From the IMG/VR virus record IMGVR_UViG_3300021963_000047, positions 1-64,000 of that record: a DNA stretch of 64,000 nt; one strand, written 5' to 3'. The stretch comes from a virus. The position numbers and the translations under genes were made by a program. Below the pieces are notes generated by a model. The model saw nothing but the letters and a program-made list of their open reading frames with translations. It was not told where the DNA came from and did no database searches. Shown here piece by piece: positions 8,238 through 18,145 of this stretch (its first letter is position 1; each line of letters opens with the position of its first letter).

Positions 8238-9689
8238 ATGTTTGATTATATATTATGGTTGCTGTTTGGTACAGTATATGGATTCATTATTGGTTTAATA
8301 CCAGTCGCCGGTGCGAGCACTGCGCTTATAACCATATATGGATTCTTAGATTTATTTAGATCAGATCCATATCTACTTGTAGTCTTCACAACTGCCATAG
8401 TAGTTTCTAGCACAATTGGTGATAGTTTTGCCAGTATTGTTCTCAATATACCGGGAGCATCCGGATCTGCAGCAACCATCGTTGATGGCTTTCCTATGGC
8501 TAAAAAAGGTGAAGCAGCTCGTGCGTTAAGTGCTGCTATAACCACATCAACACTAAATGGTTTTATATTTGGTGTTATTGCTCTAGTATTCTTGCCATTC
8601 TATTCTAAAGCAGTATTGTCTTTTGGCATACCGGAACTATTATGTTTTCTTATACTAGCTTTTACTTGTGTTACTTTTATCACAAGCGATAAATGGGTAA
8701 GAGGCATATTTGGTTTATGTCTTGGAATATTTCTTGGCATGGTTGGTCAACATCCAACAACAAATGCTGCTCGTTGGACATTTGATTGGGATTACATAAA
8801 AGCAGGCATTCAAATTATGCCAGTTCTTGCTGGCGTACTTGCATTTCCAGAATTAATTGAAGCTTATAGATCTGGATATAATGCTGCGACTGCAAAGATA
8901 GTTGATGCTAGGAATCAAACTATTCAAGGTGTAAAAGATACATTCATACACTGGAAAGATAGTATTCGCGGTGGCGCTATTGGCGCTTTCATTGGTGTAT
9001 TGCCGGGTGTCGGTGGTGCTGTAGCAGACTGGGTAGCTTATAGTCAAACAGTTGCTCTAAACAAGAATGAAAAGATACCATTTGGTGAAGGCAATATCAA
9101 GGGTGTTATTGGTTGTGAGGGTGCTAATAACTCTCAGAAAGCAACAGGTTATATACCTACTGTCTTATTTGGTATACCCGCTGCACCATTCGAAGCTATC
9201 ATCTTAAGTCTGTTTATCTTAGTTGGTATAGAACTAGGAACACCAAACTTATTAAAAGATATGACATTCTTTAAAGCACTAAACTATAGTTATATGGCTT
9301 CATTGACCATAACTTTTATAGCATCGATGTTCATGATTAAGTACATCACTCTCGTATTTAAGATACCATTTTCAATTTGGTTCTATATACTTTCTGCTCT
9401 TTTAGTATGGAGTTGTGTACAATATACCGGATATTGGGAAGACTATTTTATCTTAGCAGCATTTATTGTTCTTGGATTTTTACTAAAATATTTTAGTATA
9501 AGTAGAGCTGCATTTATTATTGGATTTGTTTTATCAGATCAAATAGAAAAGATGTATTATCAGTATACAACATTGTTCGAATGGTATACTATCTTTACTA
9601 GACCAATTTCATTAACTTTAATAATAGTATCTTTGATACTGGCAATCTATGGAATCTTCTTTAATAAGACAAGGATATCTTACACATGA
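8238..9689 (+). CDS. tctA: Tripartite tricarboxylate transporter large subunit TctA
   Basis: GLIPVAG, IVLNIPGASGSAATIVDGFPMAKKGEAARAL, GVLPGVGG, EGANNS, IPTVLFGIP repeats; polytopic membrane protein. Confidence 0.9.
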   Translation: MFDYILWLLFGTVYGFIIGLIPVAGASTALITIYGFLDLFRSDPYLLVVFTTAIVVSSTIGDSFASIVLNIPGASGSAATIVDGFPMAKKGEAARALSAAITTSTLNGFIFGVIALVFLPFYSKAVLSFGIPELLCFLILAFTCVTFITSDKWVRGIFGLCLGIFLGMVGQHPTTNAARWTFDWDYIKAGIQIMPVLAGVLAFPELIEAYRSGYNAATAKIVDARNQTIQGVKDTFIHWKDSIRGGAIGAFIGVLPGVGGAVADWVAYSQTVALNKNEKIPFGEGNIKGVIGCEGANNSQKATGYIPTVLFGIPAAPFEAIILSLFILVGIELGTPNLLKDMTFFKALNYSYMASLTITFIASMFMIKYITLVFKIPFSIWFYILSALLVWSCVQYTGYWEDYFILAAFIVLGFLLKYFSISRAAFIIGFVLSDQIEKMYYQYTTLFEWYTIFTRPISLTLIIVSLILAIYGIFFNKTRISYT

Positions 9690-10441
9690 CACAATATCAA
9701 GAGTGGAACGGAAGCAGATGGCAATATATGAAAGAGCAAAGCTCTTGGCATTTTGACAACATGAGACCACCAGAACACGGCAAAGATAGTTATACATTTG
9801 TTGGTAACTTTAGATATAGCTTTAAAAATATAATTGAAAAATATATTCCTATTGCACAAGCTAGTACATGGGCAACAAGAAATAATTTTAATCCTAAGAT
9901 TGCATCTGAAGGTTTATATTCTGCATCTGCAGAACAACAAGATCTAATCAGAGTTGGCGCTGATCCTGATCAAGAAATATTTTGTAGAGTAGCAGCAGAT
10001 GATGAACCAGTATTTAAATATATTGCTGAGTATCTTGGTATAGAAAAACCTGCTATAAAATTTCATAATCAAAAGACAGGTCAGATGTTACATTTGCATA
10101 TCGATAATTTTGCTGCTAGACCTGAAAGAGATAATAGTTTTAAAGTTACAGAGATGGATGAGAATCCTGACATCATGCGTAGGTTTGCAATCATGCTTGA
10201 TGACTGGAAATCAGGACAGATATTTCAATTAGGTAATGCTATGTACTGGCAGTGGTCAGCAGGTGATTGTATAACATGGGAGTGGAAAGATATTCCACAT
10301 TGTACAGCAAATATGGGTTGGGACGATAGACCCATGTTACAGATCACTGGATATACTACTAAAAAAACAAAAGATCTATTAGATAAAGCAAAAGATTTAG
10401 GACCATTTTATCATGATATTTCATTTACATCTTTTAAATGA
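9686..10441 (+). CDS. Putative Fe(II)/2OG-type (double-stranded beta-helix) oxygenase
   Basis: LHLHIDN (HxD) ... PHCTANMG (distal H) ... RPMLQITG; paralog of 61835-62806. Confidence 0.6.
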   Translation: MTQYQEWNGSRWQYMKEQSSWHFDNMRPPEHGKDSYTFVGNFRYSFKNIIEKYIPIAQASTWATRNNFNPKIASEGLYSASAEQQDLIRVGADPDQEIFCRVAADDEPVFKYIAEYLGIEKPAIKFHNQKTGQMLHLHIDNFAARPERDNSFKVTEMDENPDIMRRFAIMLDDWKSGQIFQLGNAMYWQWSAGDCITWEWKDIPHCTANMGWDDRPMLQITGYTTKKTKDLLDKAKDLGPFYHDISFTSFK

Positions 10442-11282
10442 AAAAACAAATCAAGTTCATATTCTTAATTTAAAACCATATGATAATTTGTTGGGAAGAG
10501 CATGGTCTTCCCTATTAAAAGAAGCTATTGATAGTAGTAATTGCTGGTTAGTAGAAACAGATAGAATCTATCATGTTAATAATGAATGGTCAAAAGAAAC
10601 TATCATAGAAAAAATGCAACGATGTATTGATATCGTAAACATGTATGACAATATAATTGTTGCAGATTTAACTAATGAAGTTACACAAGAAACAATGAAC
10701 TACTTGCATACTTTCTTCGAGAAACTTAGGGGAAAAGATGAAGCACCACCTCAGTGGTATATCGATGCACCTAGACAAGTTAAAGATGCAGTATCAGAAT
10801 TTAATGTGTTGATTCATCGTTATGAAGCTTATGATAGTATGAATCATCATGCTAAAATTACTGTTGGTTATAAGCATAGACCGACAAGAGAAATGACTCT
10901 TGAAGAAAAGAAATGTTTTAATTTAAATCTTCAACCAGGAGAAATATATTTAAAATATTGTCATAAAGGTAAAGATCTATTAGATGTTTTTAAAGATGAA
11001 GATGAACATATTGGTGATGAGAACATATTACCACAACACAAAATAAGTTCTGACTTTAATATTAATTTTTCTTGGAAAATGCAAGAAAAAAGAAAAGATG
11101 ATTTTTATAAATGGTTAGAAGATAAGAAAACTTTTCTTAAGTCTATAAATATAGACATCGATGATCCTTCTGTAACCATTGGCAGAGGTGTTGTTGGAAA
11201 AGTTCTTCATGAAGATATGGAAGAACTTAGAAAAGAAATATTTGGTGTAACTAAAATTCATGATATAACATATACGGAGTGA
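10413..11282 (+). CDS. Hypothetical protein
   Basis: 289-aa ORF coupled within the tct operon; no family recognised. Confidence 0.75.
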   Translation: MIFHLHLLNEKTNQVHILNLKPYDNLLGRAWSSLLKEAIDSSNCWLVETDRIYHVNNEWSKETIIEKMQRCIDIVNMYDNIIVADLTNEVTQETMNYLHTFFEKLRGKDEAPPQWYIDAPRQVKDAVSEFNVLIHRYEAYDSMNHHAKITVGYKHRPTREMTLEEKKCFNLNLQPGEIYLKYCHKGKDLLDVFKDEDEHIGDENILPQHKISSDFNINFSWKMQEKRKDDFYKWLEDKKTFLKSINIDIDDPSVTIGRGVVGKVLHEDMEELRKEIFGVTKIHDITYTE

Positions 11283-11285
11283 ATA

Positions 11286-12353
11286 ATGAATAGATTATTA
11301 TCGTTTTTCATCGCACTGTTGTTTTCAACTGCGGTTTATGCACAGCAACCATATAGACTAATCGTTCCACAAGAACCCGGCGGTGGTACATCTGTGTGGG
11401 CAAATATTATTGCTCAACACCTTGAGAAGTTTATTGGTACTAAAGTTATTGTAGAACATATTCCTGGTGCAAATGATATTCCCGGTTTTAATAAATTTCA
11501 CAATGAATTGCAGAAAGATCCATATGCAATCATGGTTGCTCATGGCGGTAATGCCGAGAGCTTCTTGACTGATAAAGTCGATTATGATTATAAGTTCTAT
11601 GAACCAATTGGGCTCGTCAATCTAAATATTGTTGTGAGTCATGCTACAAACTTTGATCCTTATAAAGATAAAGTAAAGTTTGGTAGTACTTCAGGCAGAC
11701 GACCAGACGTTATGGCAATTGTCATGATGATTTGTGGTCCACAACCAAACATGGATGCATACATTAAATGCTATAATGACAAGATGATCTTTGTTAAGGG
11801 CATGAAACCAGCAGAAGCCAGACTTGCAGCCCTTCGCGGTGAACTCAATACAGTCAGAGAAACTTATTCATCACATCTCAAGTTTATTGGACCAATGATT
11901 GAGAAGGGTGATTATAAGTTATGGTTCTCACATGGTGTTCTCGATCTTAAGACTGGAAAGATTGTAAAAGATAAGAACTATAATACCAATCACTTCGAAG
12001 ATCTCTATAAGCAGAAGTGGGGTGTAGCACCATCAGGCGAGTTCTATGATGCTTATGTTCTTGTTAAGAACTTTAGAGACGTCTTGCAGAAAAGCTTGTG
12101 GGTCGGTAAGTCTAATCCAAATGCAGAACACATTAGAGCATCAATTAGAAAGATGCTTGCTGATCCTGCGGCAAAGAAAGCTCTTGATGACGACAGCGGC
12201 GATTATGAATGGTTTATTGGTGATGATATGACTAAAGCATATAACATCATTAAGAAGCAGATCAACGAGCAGAGCTTAAAGAATCTTGTAAAGTTTACAC
12301 AAGATGGAATCAAGCTTGAAAGTGTTTATAAGCCAGAACTAATCACTCCGTAA
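11286..12353 (+). CDS. tctC: TctC/Bug-like periplasmic solute-binding protein
   Basis: Signal peptide; LIVPQEPGGGTSVWANIIAQHLEKFIG-VIVEHIPGA matches the Bug/TctC N-terminal signature. Confidence 0.78.
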   Translation: MNRLLSFFIALLFSTAVYAQQPYRLIVPQEPGGGTSVWANIIAQHLEKFIGTKVIVEHIPGANDIPGFNKFHNELQKDPYAIMVAHGGNAESFLTDKVDYDYKFYEPIGLVNLNIVVSHATNFDPYKDKVKFGSTSGRRPDVMAIVMMICGPQPNMDAYIKCYNDKMIFVKGMKPAEARLAALRGELNTVRETYSSHLKFIGPMIEKGDYKLWFSHGVLDLKTGKIVKDKNYNTNHFEDLYKQKWGVAPSGEFYDAYVLVKNFRDVLQKSLWVGKSNPNAEHIRASIRKMLADPAAKKALDDDSGDYEWFIGDDMTKAYNIIKKQINEQSLKNLVKFTQDGIKLESVYKPELITP

Positions 12354-12809
12354 GTGGCGCATAAACTTTCTAGTTAATGTCTTCTCTAAACGGTATGCTT
12401 CTTTTTCCCACGGAGCATTCCAATAAGATGCATCAATATTATCATATCCATATTCACTAATATGGATATCACCTTTCCATCTAATCTTCTTAGACGTATT
12501 ATAATCTCTTAGCTGACCAGTTGCATATTGCTTTACATGTACAAGTTCATGTGCTAAAACACTAAGAGTCTGTTTGAAGGTTAGATCTGCATCGATCTCT
12601 ATATCAAAATCCCTCGGCCTGTTAAGGTCGAGGGCGTCACATACACCGTAAAAATCTTCTTTCTTGAATAGATTCTTTTTGAATCTAATAGTAACGTATA
12701 CATTACTTGATAGTCGATTTGACATCAAACAAGATGCATAGTAGTGTGCAGCTTTTCTTATAAGCTTTCTCTGACACTTGCTCGGCTTACCGTAGATTGT
12801 AACATCCAT
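12339..12809 (-). CDS. Zinc metallopeptidase-like protein
   Basis: LAHELVHVKQY (HExxH) and PWEKEAY. Confidence 0.8.
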   Translation of the reverse strand: MDVTIYGKPSKCQRKLIRKAAHYYASCLMSNRLSSNVYVTIRFKKNLFKKEDFYGVCDALDLNRPRDFDIEIDADLTFKQTLSVLAHELVHVKQYATGQLRDYNTSKKIRWKGDIHISEYGYDNIDASYWNAPWEKEAYRLEKTLTRKFMRHLRSD

Positions 12810-12820
12810 GATCGTCTCCC

Positions 12821-13528
12821 CTAGCCAAAGATTTGCAAGACTTTCTCTGTATACAGATATTTATCTTTGACAAAAACCTGGGGTTCTGGCTGACCATCAA
12901 CCGCTATGATGATAGCTATCTGAGGGATCTCGAGGTTACGAAGATCTTCTGCCATAATGCTATAGCATGTAGCTTGTAGAAAGTAATCCTCGATCCATTC
13001 TTCTTTCTTTGGTTTAAGGCTGGTCTTAAAGTCAACGATGCTGACTATACCATCAAACTCTGCAATGCAGTCTGTCCTGCCAGCAGTGTTAAGCCTCTTA
13101 GAATATAGAGGAGCCTCGATGGCATAAATGGTTCCAATCCTTTTATCAAGTACGGGTTTAATACTTGAGAATGTCATGATATTTGCAGGCATGACACCTT
13201 CTGGATAATACTCTTTATTTAAAAGATAATCTTCACAGATAGAATGGATGGCGGTGCCACGGTTTCCGGCTTGCACTTTAATCTGGTCTGCTCTTTCTTG
13301 GCCAACACTATTAATCCAGTTCTGCAGATGAGTCTTATCTTTGTGTTGACCAAGTACAGTAGTGACAGAAGGATATCTGCCACCATCGGGTGCAAAGTAG
13401 TATCTCTTACCGTCAATGATACGAGCTTCAAAGTCTTCGAACTCTGTAAAAAAATGTTCGAAGACTTTGCCTCTATTATAGACTGGTCGTGTTGCGCTAA
13501 GCCGAGATTTGAAGTCTGTCTTTAACAA
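12821..13528 (-). CDS. PD-(D/E)XK (Cas4-like) exonuclease
   Basis: YPSVTTVL, RGTAIH, AGRTDCI, IVDFKTS, YFLQATCY. Confidence 0.85.
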   Translation of the reverse strand: MLKTDFKSRLSATRPVYNRGKVFEHFFTEFEDFEARIIDGKRYYFAPDGGRYPSVTTVLGQHKDKTHLQNWINSVGQERADQIKVQAGNRGTAIHSICEDYLLNKEYYPEGVMPANIMTFSSIKPVLDKRIGTIYAIEAPLYSKRLNTAGRTDCIAEFDGIVSIVDFKTSLKPKKEEWIEDYFLQATCYSIMAEDLRNLEIPQIAIIIAVDGQPEPQVFVKDKYLYTEKVLQIFG

Positions 13529-14249
13529 CGATATATTCTTTCACTAATGACGATCTAACAATGTCGTCCACATCAAAATCAACGAAGCTGAAAGCTTTCA
13601 TATTCTGCAGGATCTTCATGAAGTCAATTAGACCCTTCTTATCTTTGTCATAAGTAAAGTCAGACTGTCTAAAGTCTCCGCAGAAAATGATCCTACAGTT
13701 TCTGCCAATACGTGTGATGATAGAGTCTAACTCATGAAGAGTCATGTTAGCTACTTCATCCACGATAACAATACAATCATTGAGTGTGATACCACGAACG
13801 AATGATGTACTAATGAATTCTACATAATCTTTTGTCTTAAGTACATCATAAGCATCACCCCTATTAAACAATTCTGAACAGATTGCATAGTATGGTGCTT
13901 CGTATACTTTTGCTTTTTCTTTCTGATTACCGGGAAGGAAACCCATGTCGCGTGTTGGAACTACGCTTCTAATGATATAAACTTTTTTATATCCACAATT
14001 ACCATCAAACAATTCTTTAAGAGACAGATATAGGGAGATGAAGCTCTTTCCTGTTCCAGCAATTCCATGAAGCATCAAATTCTTTTTTGCAGAAAATGCT
14101 TCGAATGTTTTTTGTTGGTTAGCTGTTAGAGGTTTTATCTCTCTGAGATTAAAATTAACTCTAAAGTTTGCTTCGTTGTTTATCTTTACTCCCTGTTCTC
14201 TTAATGCTCTTCTCTGTTTCTTGTTAAGTCTTGTTTGTTGCTGAGTCAT
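13497..14249 (-). CDS. phoH: PhoH family ATPase
   Basis: GIAGTGKS Walker A, MGFLPG, RGITL, IVDEVAN, GDFRQSD, DIVRS. Confidence 0.93.
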   Translation of the reverse strand: MTQQQTRLNKKQRRALREQGVKINNEANFRVNFNLREIKPLTANQQKTFEAFSAKKNLMLHGIAGTGKSFISLYLSLKELFDGNCGYKKVYIIRSVVPTRDMGFLPGNQKEKAKVYEAPYYAICSELFNRGDAYDVLKTKDYVEFISTSFVRGITLNDCIVIVDEVANMTLHELDSIITRIGRNCRIIFCGDFRQSDFTYDKDKKGLIDFMKILQNMKAFSFVDFDVDDIVRSSLVKEYIVVKDRLQISA

Positions 14250-14269
14250 TGTTTCTCTTATTGTTATAA

Positions 14270-14518
14270 TTAAAATGTATTGACAGTAGACTTAGTCATT
14301 CCTCTCGAGTGTTCTTTCTTTACATTCTTCAAAATATCTCTGAATGAACTATCTGGTTTTTTGAGACCAAGTCTGATACTATCTCCAATAGCTGGAGCAC
14401 CGTTTACAAGTTGAGTTACATTTTTGTTCTCCTCCAAATAAACATCAAGAGCAGAGATGCTCATGAACTCTTCGTACTCTTCACCTGTATCATTATTAAG
14501 GAACTTGTATGTAGGCAT
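14270..14518 (-). CDS. Conserved T4-like hypothetical protein (MPTYxF type)
   Basis: MPTYKFLNNDTGE motif next to phoH. Confidence 0.75.
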   Translation of the reverse strand: MPTYKFLNNDTGEEYEEFMSISALDVYLEENKNVTQLVNGAPAIGDSIRLGLKKPDSSFRDILKNVKKEHSRGMTKSTVNTF

Positions 14519-14721
14519 TACTTCCTCTCGTAATAGTAATCTTCATCTTCGAAGTCTTCTTCTTCAATAAGAGCATTTATATCTTTAGTCTTAAGGGCTC
14601 TTTCGAGCCTCTTACTTTCTTTTTTATTTACTCTATTACGAGGGTTATCGTAATATTCATCTTCATCATCATCATAAGAATAGTCGTTCTTCTTGAACTT
14701 CTTAAACGTTGACTTGCTCAT
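14518..14721 (-). CDS. Hypothetical charged protein
   Basis: Coupled ORF in the operon. Confidence 0.6.
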   Translation of the reverse strand: MSKSTFKKFKKNDYSYDDDEDEYYDNPRNRVNKKESKRLERALKTKDINALIEEEDFEDEDYYYERK

Positions 14722-15130
14722 TGATTAGCCCTGGAAATGCCTCTGATACTAGTGCCTCTGTAATTCCCTTATATGGAAGCTTCTTGTCTTTCATAGCTAC
14801 AATAAGCTCCGCATCTTTGGGATCGATTGCCTCAAGCAGATTAATAAAAAGAGATTCACGCTTGAGGTTTGTAAGGCCGGGATGACCGTCCTTAACAAAA
14901 AGATAAAACTTTCTTGCTTCAGAGTATAGCATACCCTGACTTTCAACATGCTCGCTTGGTTTATAAGGTGGAGCACCTTCTGGAAGATCAAATACAATAC
15001 TCTTATCGAGAGCATGTTTAAGGACAGATCGAAGCACAGGATTATCGTGCTGTCTAAAAACTTCTAGCTTTTCCGCTTTAGTCTTTGCTTTAGAAACCCT
15101 ATCAAGGATCTCTGATATACTAAGTCTCAT
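14702..15130 (-). CDS. Conserved T4-like hypothetical protein
   Basis: LPEGAPPYKP, KRESLFINLLE motifs; usual position downstream of rnh. Confidence 0.78.
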   Translation of the reverse strand: MRLSISEILDRVSKAKTKAEKLEVFRQHDNPVLRSVLKHALDKSIVFDLPEGAPPYKPSEHVESQGMLYSEARKFYLFVKDGHPGLTNLKRESLFINLLEAIDPKDAELIVAMKDKKLPYKGITEALVSEAFPGLINEQVNV

Positions 15131-15996
15131 TAAAATTCTCCAATACTTTCCATAAGATTTTTCAAACGATTTGTTATAAAGTAATTAAGCATCTTGCTAC
15201 GATCACGTCCGTCCTGTTGTTCATACTGTTGCATGATTGTTTCTTGCAGATTTTCTGGTGTATGCTTAAGATCGATCAGACGCTTATTACGAATATAGTT
15301 TCTATATAAAGGATGATCAAACTTACCATCTAAACCAAGTTCAAGTATACCCTCAATCTTCTTGGCAGTAAGAGGCTTCTGTCGCTGACCAACAACGAAG
15401 CAATCATCACCGGACAATACGTTAGGAACACCATCGCCAGAGTCACCTTTAAGAACATGTTCTGCAAGGTAACGCTCAGGATCAGAGTGCTCTATAAACT
15501 TCTTACGCACGGGATCATACTGACGAACATTAGAATACACATGAAGTTGGATAAAGTCTTTATCACCAGACAAGATAAGAATCTTCTCATCACTCTCTGA
15601 TGAGACTACTTTGCCATACGTGTGCACGAGTGTAGCGATGATGTCATCGGCCTCAGCTGAGACGACATCAATCACACGATACGGGAAATAGTCTTTAAGC
15701 TCTTGACGAATCTTACCGAGACAGTCAAAGATACTCTTCCAATCGAGCTCTGACTTCTCTTGATTCTTCTTACGATTAGCCTTATAATAAGGGAACTCTA
15801 CCTTACGCCAATTATTGGTATTGTCACATGCAATGATGATCTCACCATATTCACGTGAAAACTTTTGGTTGAAAGACCTGATAGCATTGAGGACCATGTG
15901 ACGAACCATGTTCTCTTCTAGCTGCGCGTTTGTGTGGTTACCTAACTGCATCATTAGGTTTGAGATCATTACTTGGTTAAGATCAATGATGATCAT
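15130..15996 (-). CDS. rnh: T4-type RNase H (5'-3' exonuclease)
   Basis: IIIDLNQ, YYKANRK, AEADDII, LSGDKDFIQL, GDSGDGVPN. Confidence 0.93.
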   Translation of the reverse strand: MIIIDLNQVMISNLMMQLGNHTNAQLEENMVRHMVLNAIRSFNQKFSREYGEIIIACDNTNNWRKVEFPYYKANRKKNQEKSELDWKSIFDCLGKIRQELKDYFPYRVIDVVSAEADDIIATLVHTYGKVVSSESDEKILILSGDKDFIQLHVYSNVRQYDPVRKKFIEHSDPERYLAEHVLKGDSGDGVPNVLSGDDCFVVGQRQKPLTAKKIEGILELGLDGKFDHPLYRNYIRNKRLIDLKHTPENLQETIMQQYEQQDGRDRSKMLNYFITNRLKNLMESIGEF

Positions 15997-16011
15997 GATG
16001 TATTATAGAGC

Positions 16012-16419
16012 TTAGCTCTTCTCCTGTTGAACTTCAAACATAGAAGATATTACCTCATTTCTTAAAAGAAGTACACCGCTATCTTCGTCATGATTAAAAA
16101 GGTTCTCGGCAAGTGTTTGCATAGGATGATCTATACCATAATGCTTAAGCATAATAGATCTAAGCGCTTCGACTAGAAATGCACCATCTTTCACATTGTT
16201 TACTTCACCGGTCTCTTCATCATCTACAAAGTCAAAACCAGCAGTAGCCATCTGATTAAAGATTATTGGTACCATAGTAGACAACACTTCTTGGATGTGA
16301 AGGTGTTTTATATTGTCTACTCTTTGAACTATTTCTTTTTCGTCTTTCGGTATTTCCCTTGTAGTGCCGGGAAATTGTATAACATTATTTTTATTCTGTA
16401 ACTCTATTACATTTGCCAT
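16012..16419 (-). CDS. Hypothetical protein
   Basis: 135-aa ORF with AAGGA RBS; TATAAATA on the minus strand at 16449-16456. Confidence 0.7.
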   Translation of the reverse strand: MANVIELQNKNNVIQFPGTTREIPKDEKEIVQRVDNIKHLHIQEVLSTMVPIIFNQMATAGFDFVDDEETGEVNNVKDGAFLVEALRSIMLKHYGIDHPMQTLAENLFNHDEDSGVLLLRNEVISSMFEVQQEKS

Positions 16420-16458
16420 ATGTTTTCCTTAAAAAGGATATCATGGGATATTTATATT

Positions 16459-17424
16459 TCAAGTAGTTCTATAGACCCACGTAGGCTTAGGAAATTCTCT
16501 TGGTTCATTCAGGAGACTTCTGATAAGAGCAGACCATTGGTGTTTTCTACCTTCCCAATTATAGAAACCATCTGTATAAGACTTCTGAAAATCAAGTTTA
16601 TTTTGCACATGATTATCATTAATACTTCTAATTGCATCTGAAAGAATCATGTGAAATGTTCCAGCATGTTCTGATGGATTTTCATTCCACTGATACATAT
16701 AAGTCCAATTTGCTGCAGTCTCTGAAAGAGCAGCAAAATTAGGATGAACACAAACAAGTCTAGCACTCATAGCCTCAAGAAGGCAGAGGCAAGACGTCTC
16801 AGGCCAGATAGAAGGATAAGCAAAAATATGAGCAGATTTAAGAGCTTCTCTTAAATCTTGATTGGTAACAGTACCATGATAGTTGATCTTAGGGTGTGCC
16901 TTACAACGTTCAAAGAGTTCTTGATATGGTTCATCACGTTGTTCCCACCCATAAAGCTTGAAAGAAGAATATACATCGAGCTCAATATTATCAAACTCTT
17001 CACATAGCTTTTCAAATACTGGCACTAGAATCTGCAATCCACGATGTGGTGTGGGTGTATAGATTAATTTGATTTTATCTTTTGGTTTTTCATGTGGTTC
17101 AATAGGTGTGATGGCATTCTGCATGACTACACACTTAGACCAAGGAATATTATAATGACTTATGTATGCTTGCATCTGCCAATTAGAGACGAACACAATC
17201 TTATGGAACCGATCGTGTCCGCCATTCTTTAGATGTTCTGATTCAGGATCACCAGGAAGATCATGTTGCCAAAGGATTCTAACTTTAGTTTCATCCAACT
17301 CTCTTACACGAGACGGAATGATTTGACACTGATCGAGAAGTTCTTTATCAATGCTCTGATGGAGTCTTTCCATCATGAGTTCAGTGCCACCCTTAGCATT
17401 AGCAGACAGTTCATTCACTTCCAT
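16459..17424 (-). CDS. Glycosyltransferase family 4 (GT-B)
   Basis: GGTE N-terminus, PHRGL, FAYPSIWPETSCLCLLEAM (Ex7E). Confidence 0.88.
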   Translation of the reverse strand: MEVNELSANAKGGTELMMERLHQSIDKELLDQCQIIPSRVRELDETKVRILWQHDLPGDPESEHLKNGGHDRFHKIVFVSNWQMQAYISHYNIPWSKCVVMQNAITPIEPHEKPKDKIKLIYTPTPHRGLQILVPVFEKLCEEFDNIELDVYSSFKLYGWEQRDEPYQELFERCKAHPKINYHGTVTNQDLREALKSAHIFAYPSIWPETSCLCLLEAMSARLVCVHPNFAALSETAANWTYMYQWNENPSEHAGTFHMILSDAIRSINDNHVQNKLDFQKSYTDGFYNWEGRKHQWSALIRSLLNEPREFPKPTWVYRTT

Positions 17425-17444
17425 AATATATTAATCCCTTTTTA

Positions 17445-17810
17445 TTAAGCTTGGCGTGTCAAGAAAGATGGTCTAATTGACTTAGCCTTGAAGTATTGCT
17501 TCACAAGATCGATGACGATCTGGTTGTCATATGGTTTACAAGAAAATACATCGAGGTACATGGCATTGCCACCCTCTTGGTCGTCAGGAACAAAATGAGC
17601 ACAGATGTTTGAGGTCTCAATCAACTGTACAAGAGTGTAACCGGCTTTGTTTCCGCTACCGAAGCTAACGATTTGTGGTTCACCATAAGCAACCATATCT
17701 ATATCATTAACTAATTGCTTTGTAAATCTATAAATTGTATCGTAATCATTGATAGCGTGTGCATCAAGATCGGCGCAGTCTAATACGAGATGATAACCCC
17801 AATATGCCAT
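17445..17810 (-). CDS. speD: S-adenosylmethionine decarboxylase proenzyme (SpeD/SpeH type)
   Basis: WGYHLVLD, GYTLVQLIETSNICAHF (E-x-S cleavage site), YLDVFSCK. Confidence 0.85.
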   Translation of the reverse strand: MAYWGYHLVLDCADLDAHAINDYDTIYRFTKQLVNDIDMVAYGEPQIVSFGSGNKAGYTLVQLIETSNICAHFVPDDQEGGNAMYLDVFSCKPYDNQIVIDLVKQYFKAKSIRPSFLTRQA

Positions 17811-17833
17811 GTCATTTGAACTCCTATGATTAG

Positions 17834-17862
17834 AAAAAAGAAAGCTCTTCTTTCGAAGAGCC
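17834..17862 (-). terminator. Rho-independent terminator
   Basis: Minus strand GCTCTTC-GAAA-GAAGAGC followed by TTTCTTTTTT. Confidence 0.8.
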
Positions 17863-17869
17863 TTGTTAT

Positions 17870-18145
17870 TTATTCATATCCCTCGATGTACTGTGCACTG
17901 AGGATATTCTCTAGTCGGAATGACCGCCAACCTAGATCATTGATTGACCAGACTGGAAGCACATCCGGATTTTCTTTTCGATGTGTCTCAGCAGCTTCGA
18001 GATCTTCATTCTTCATCTGCGGAGGCATATACTTAGGATTGAGAGTAGCACGCATAGTACGCAGTGAACCATCAACTTTAGTAAACGTAAGATCAACAGC
18101 TCCCTTCTTAAGGAGCTTCACCATTTCTTCACGATCAGTAACCAT
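17870..18145 (-). CDS. WYL_2/SH3-fold phage protein
   Basis: FTKVDGSLRTMRATL ... VWS...GWRSFR. Confidence 0.75.
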   Translation of the reverse strand: MVTDREEMVKLLKKGAVDLTFTKVDGSLRTMRATLNPKYMPPQMKNEDLEAAETHRKENPDVLPVWSINDLGWRSFRLENILSAQYIEGYE

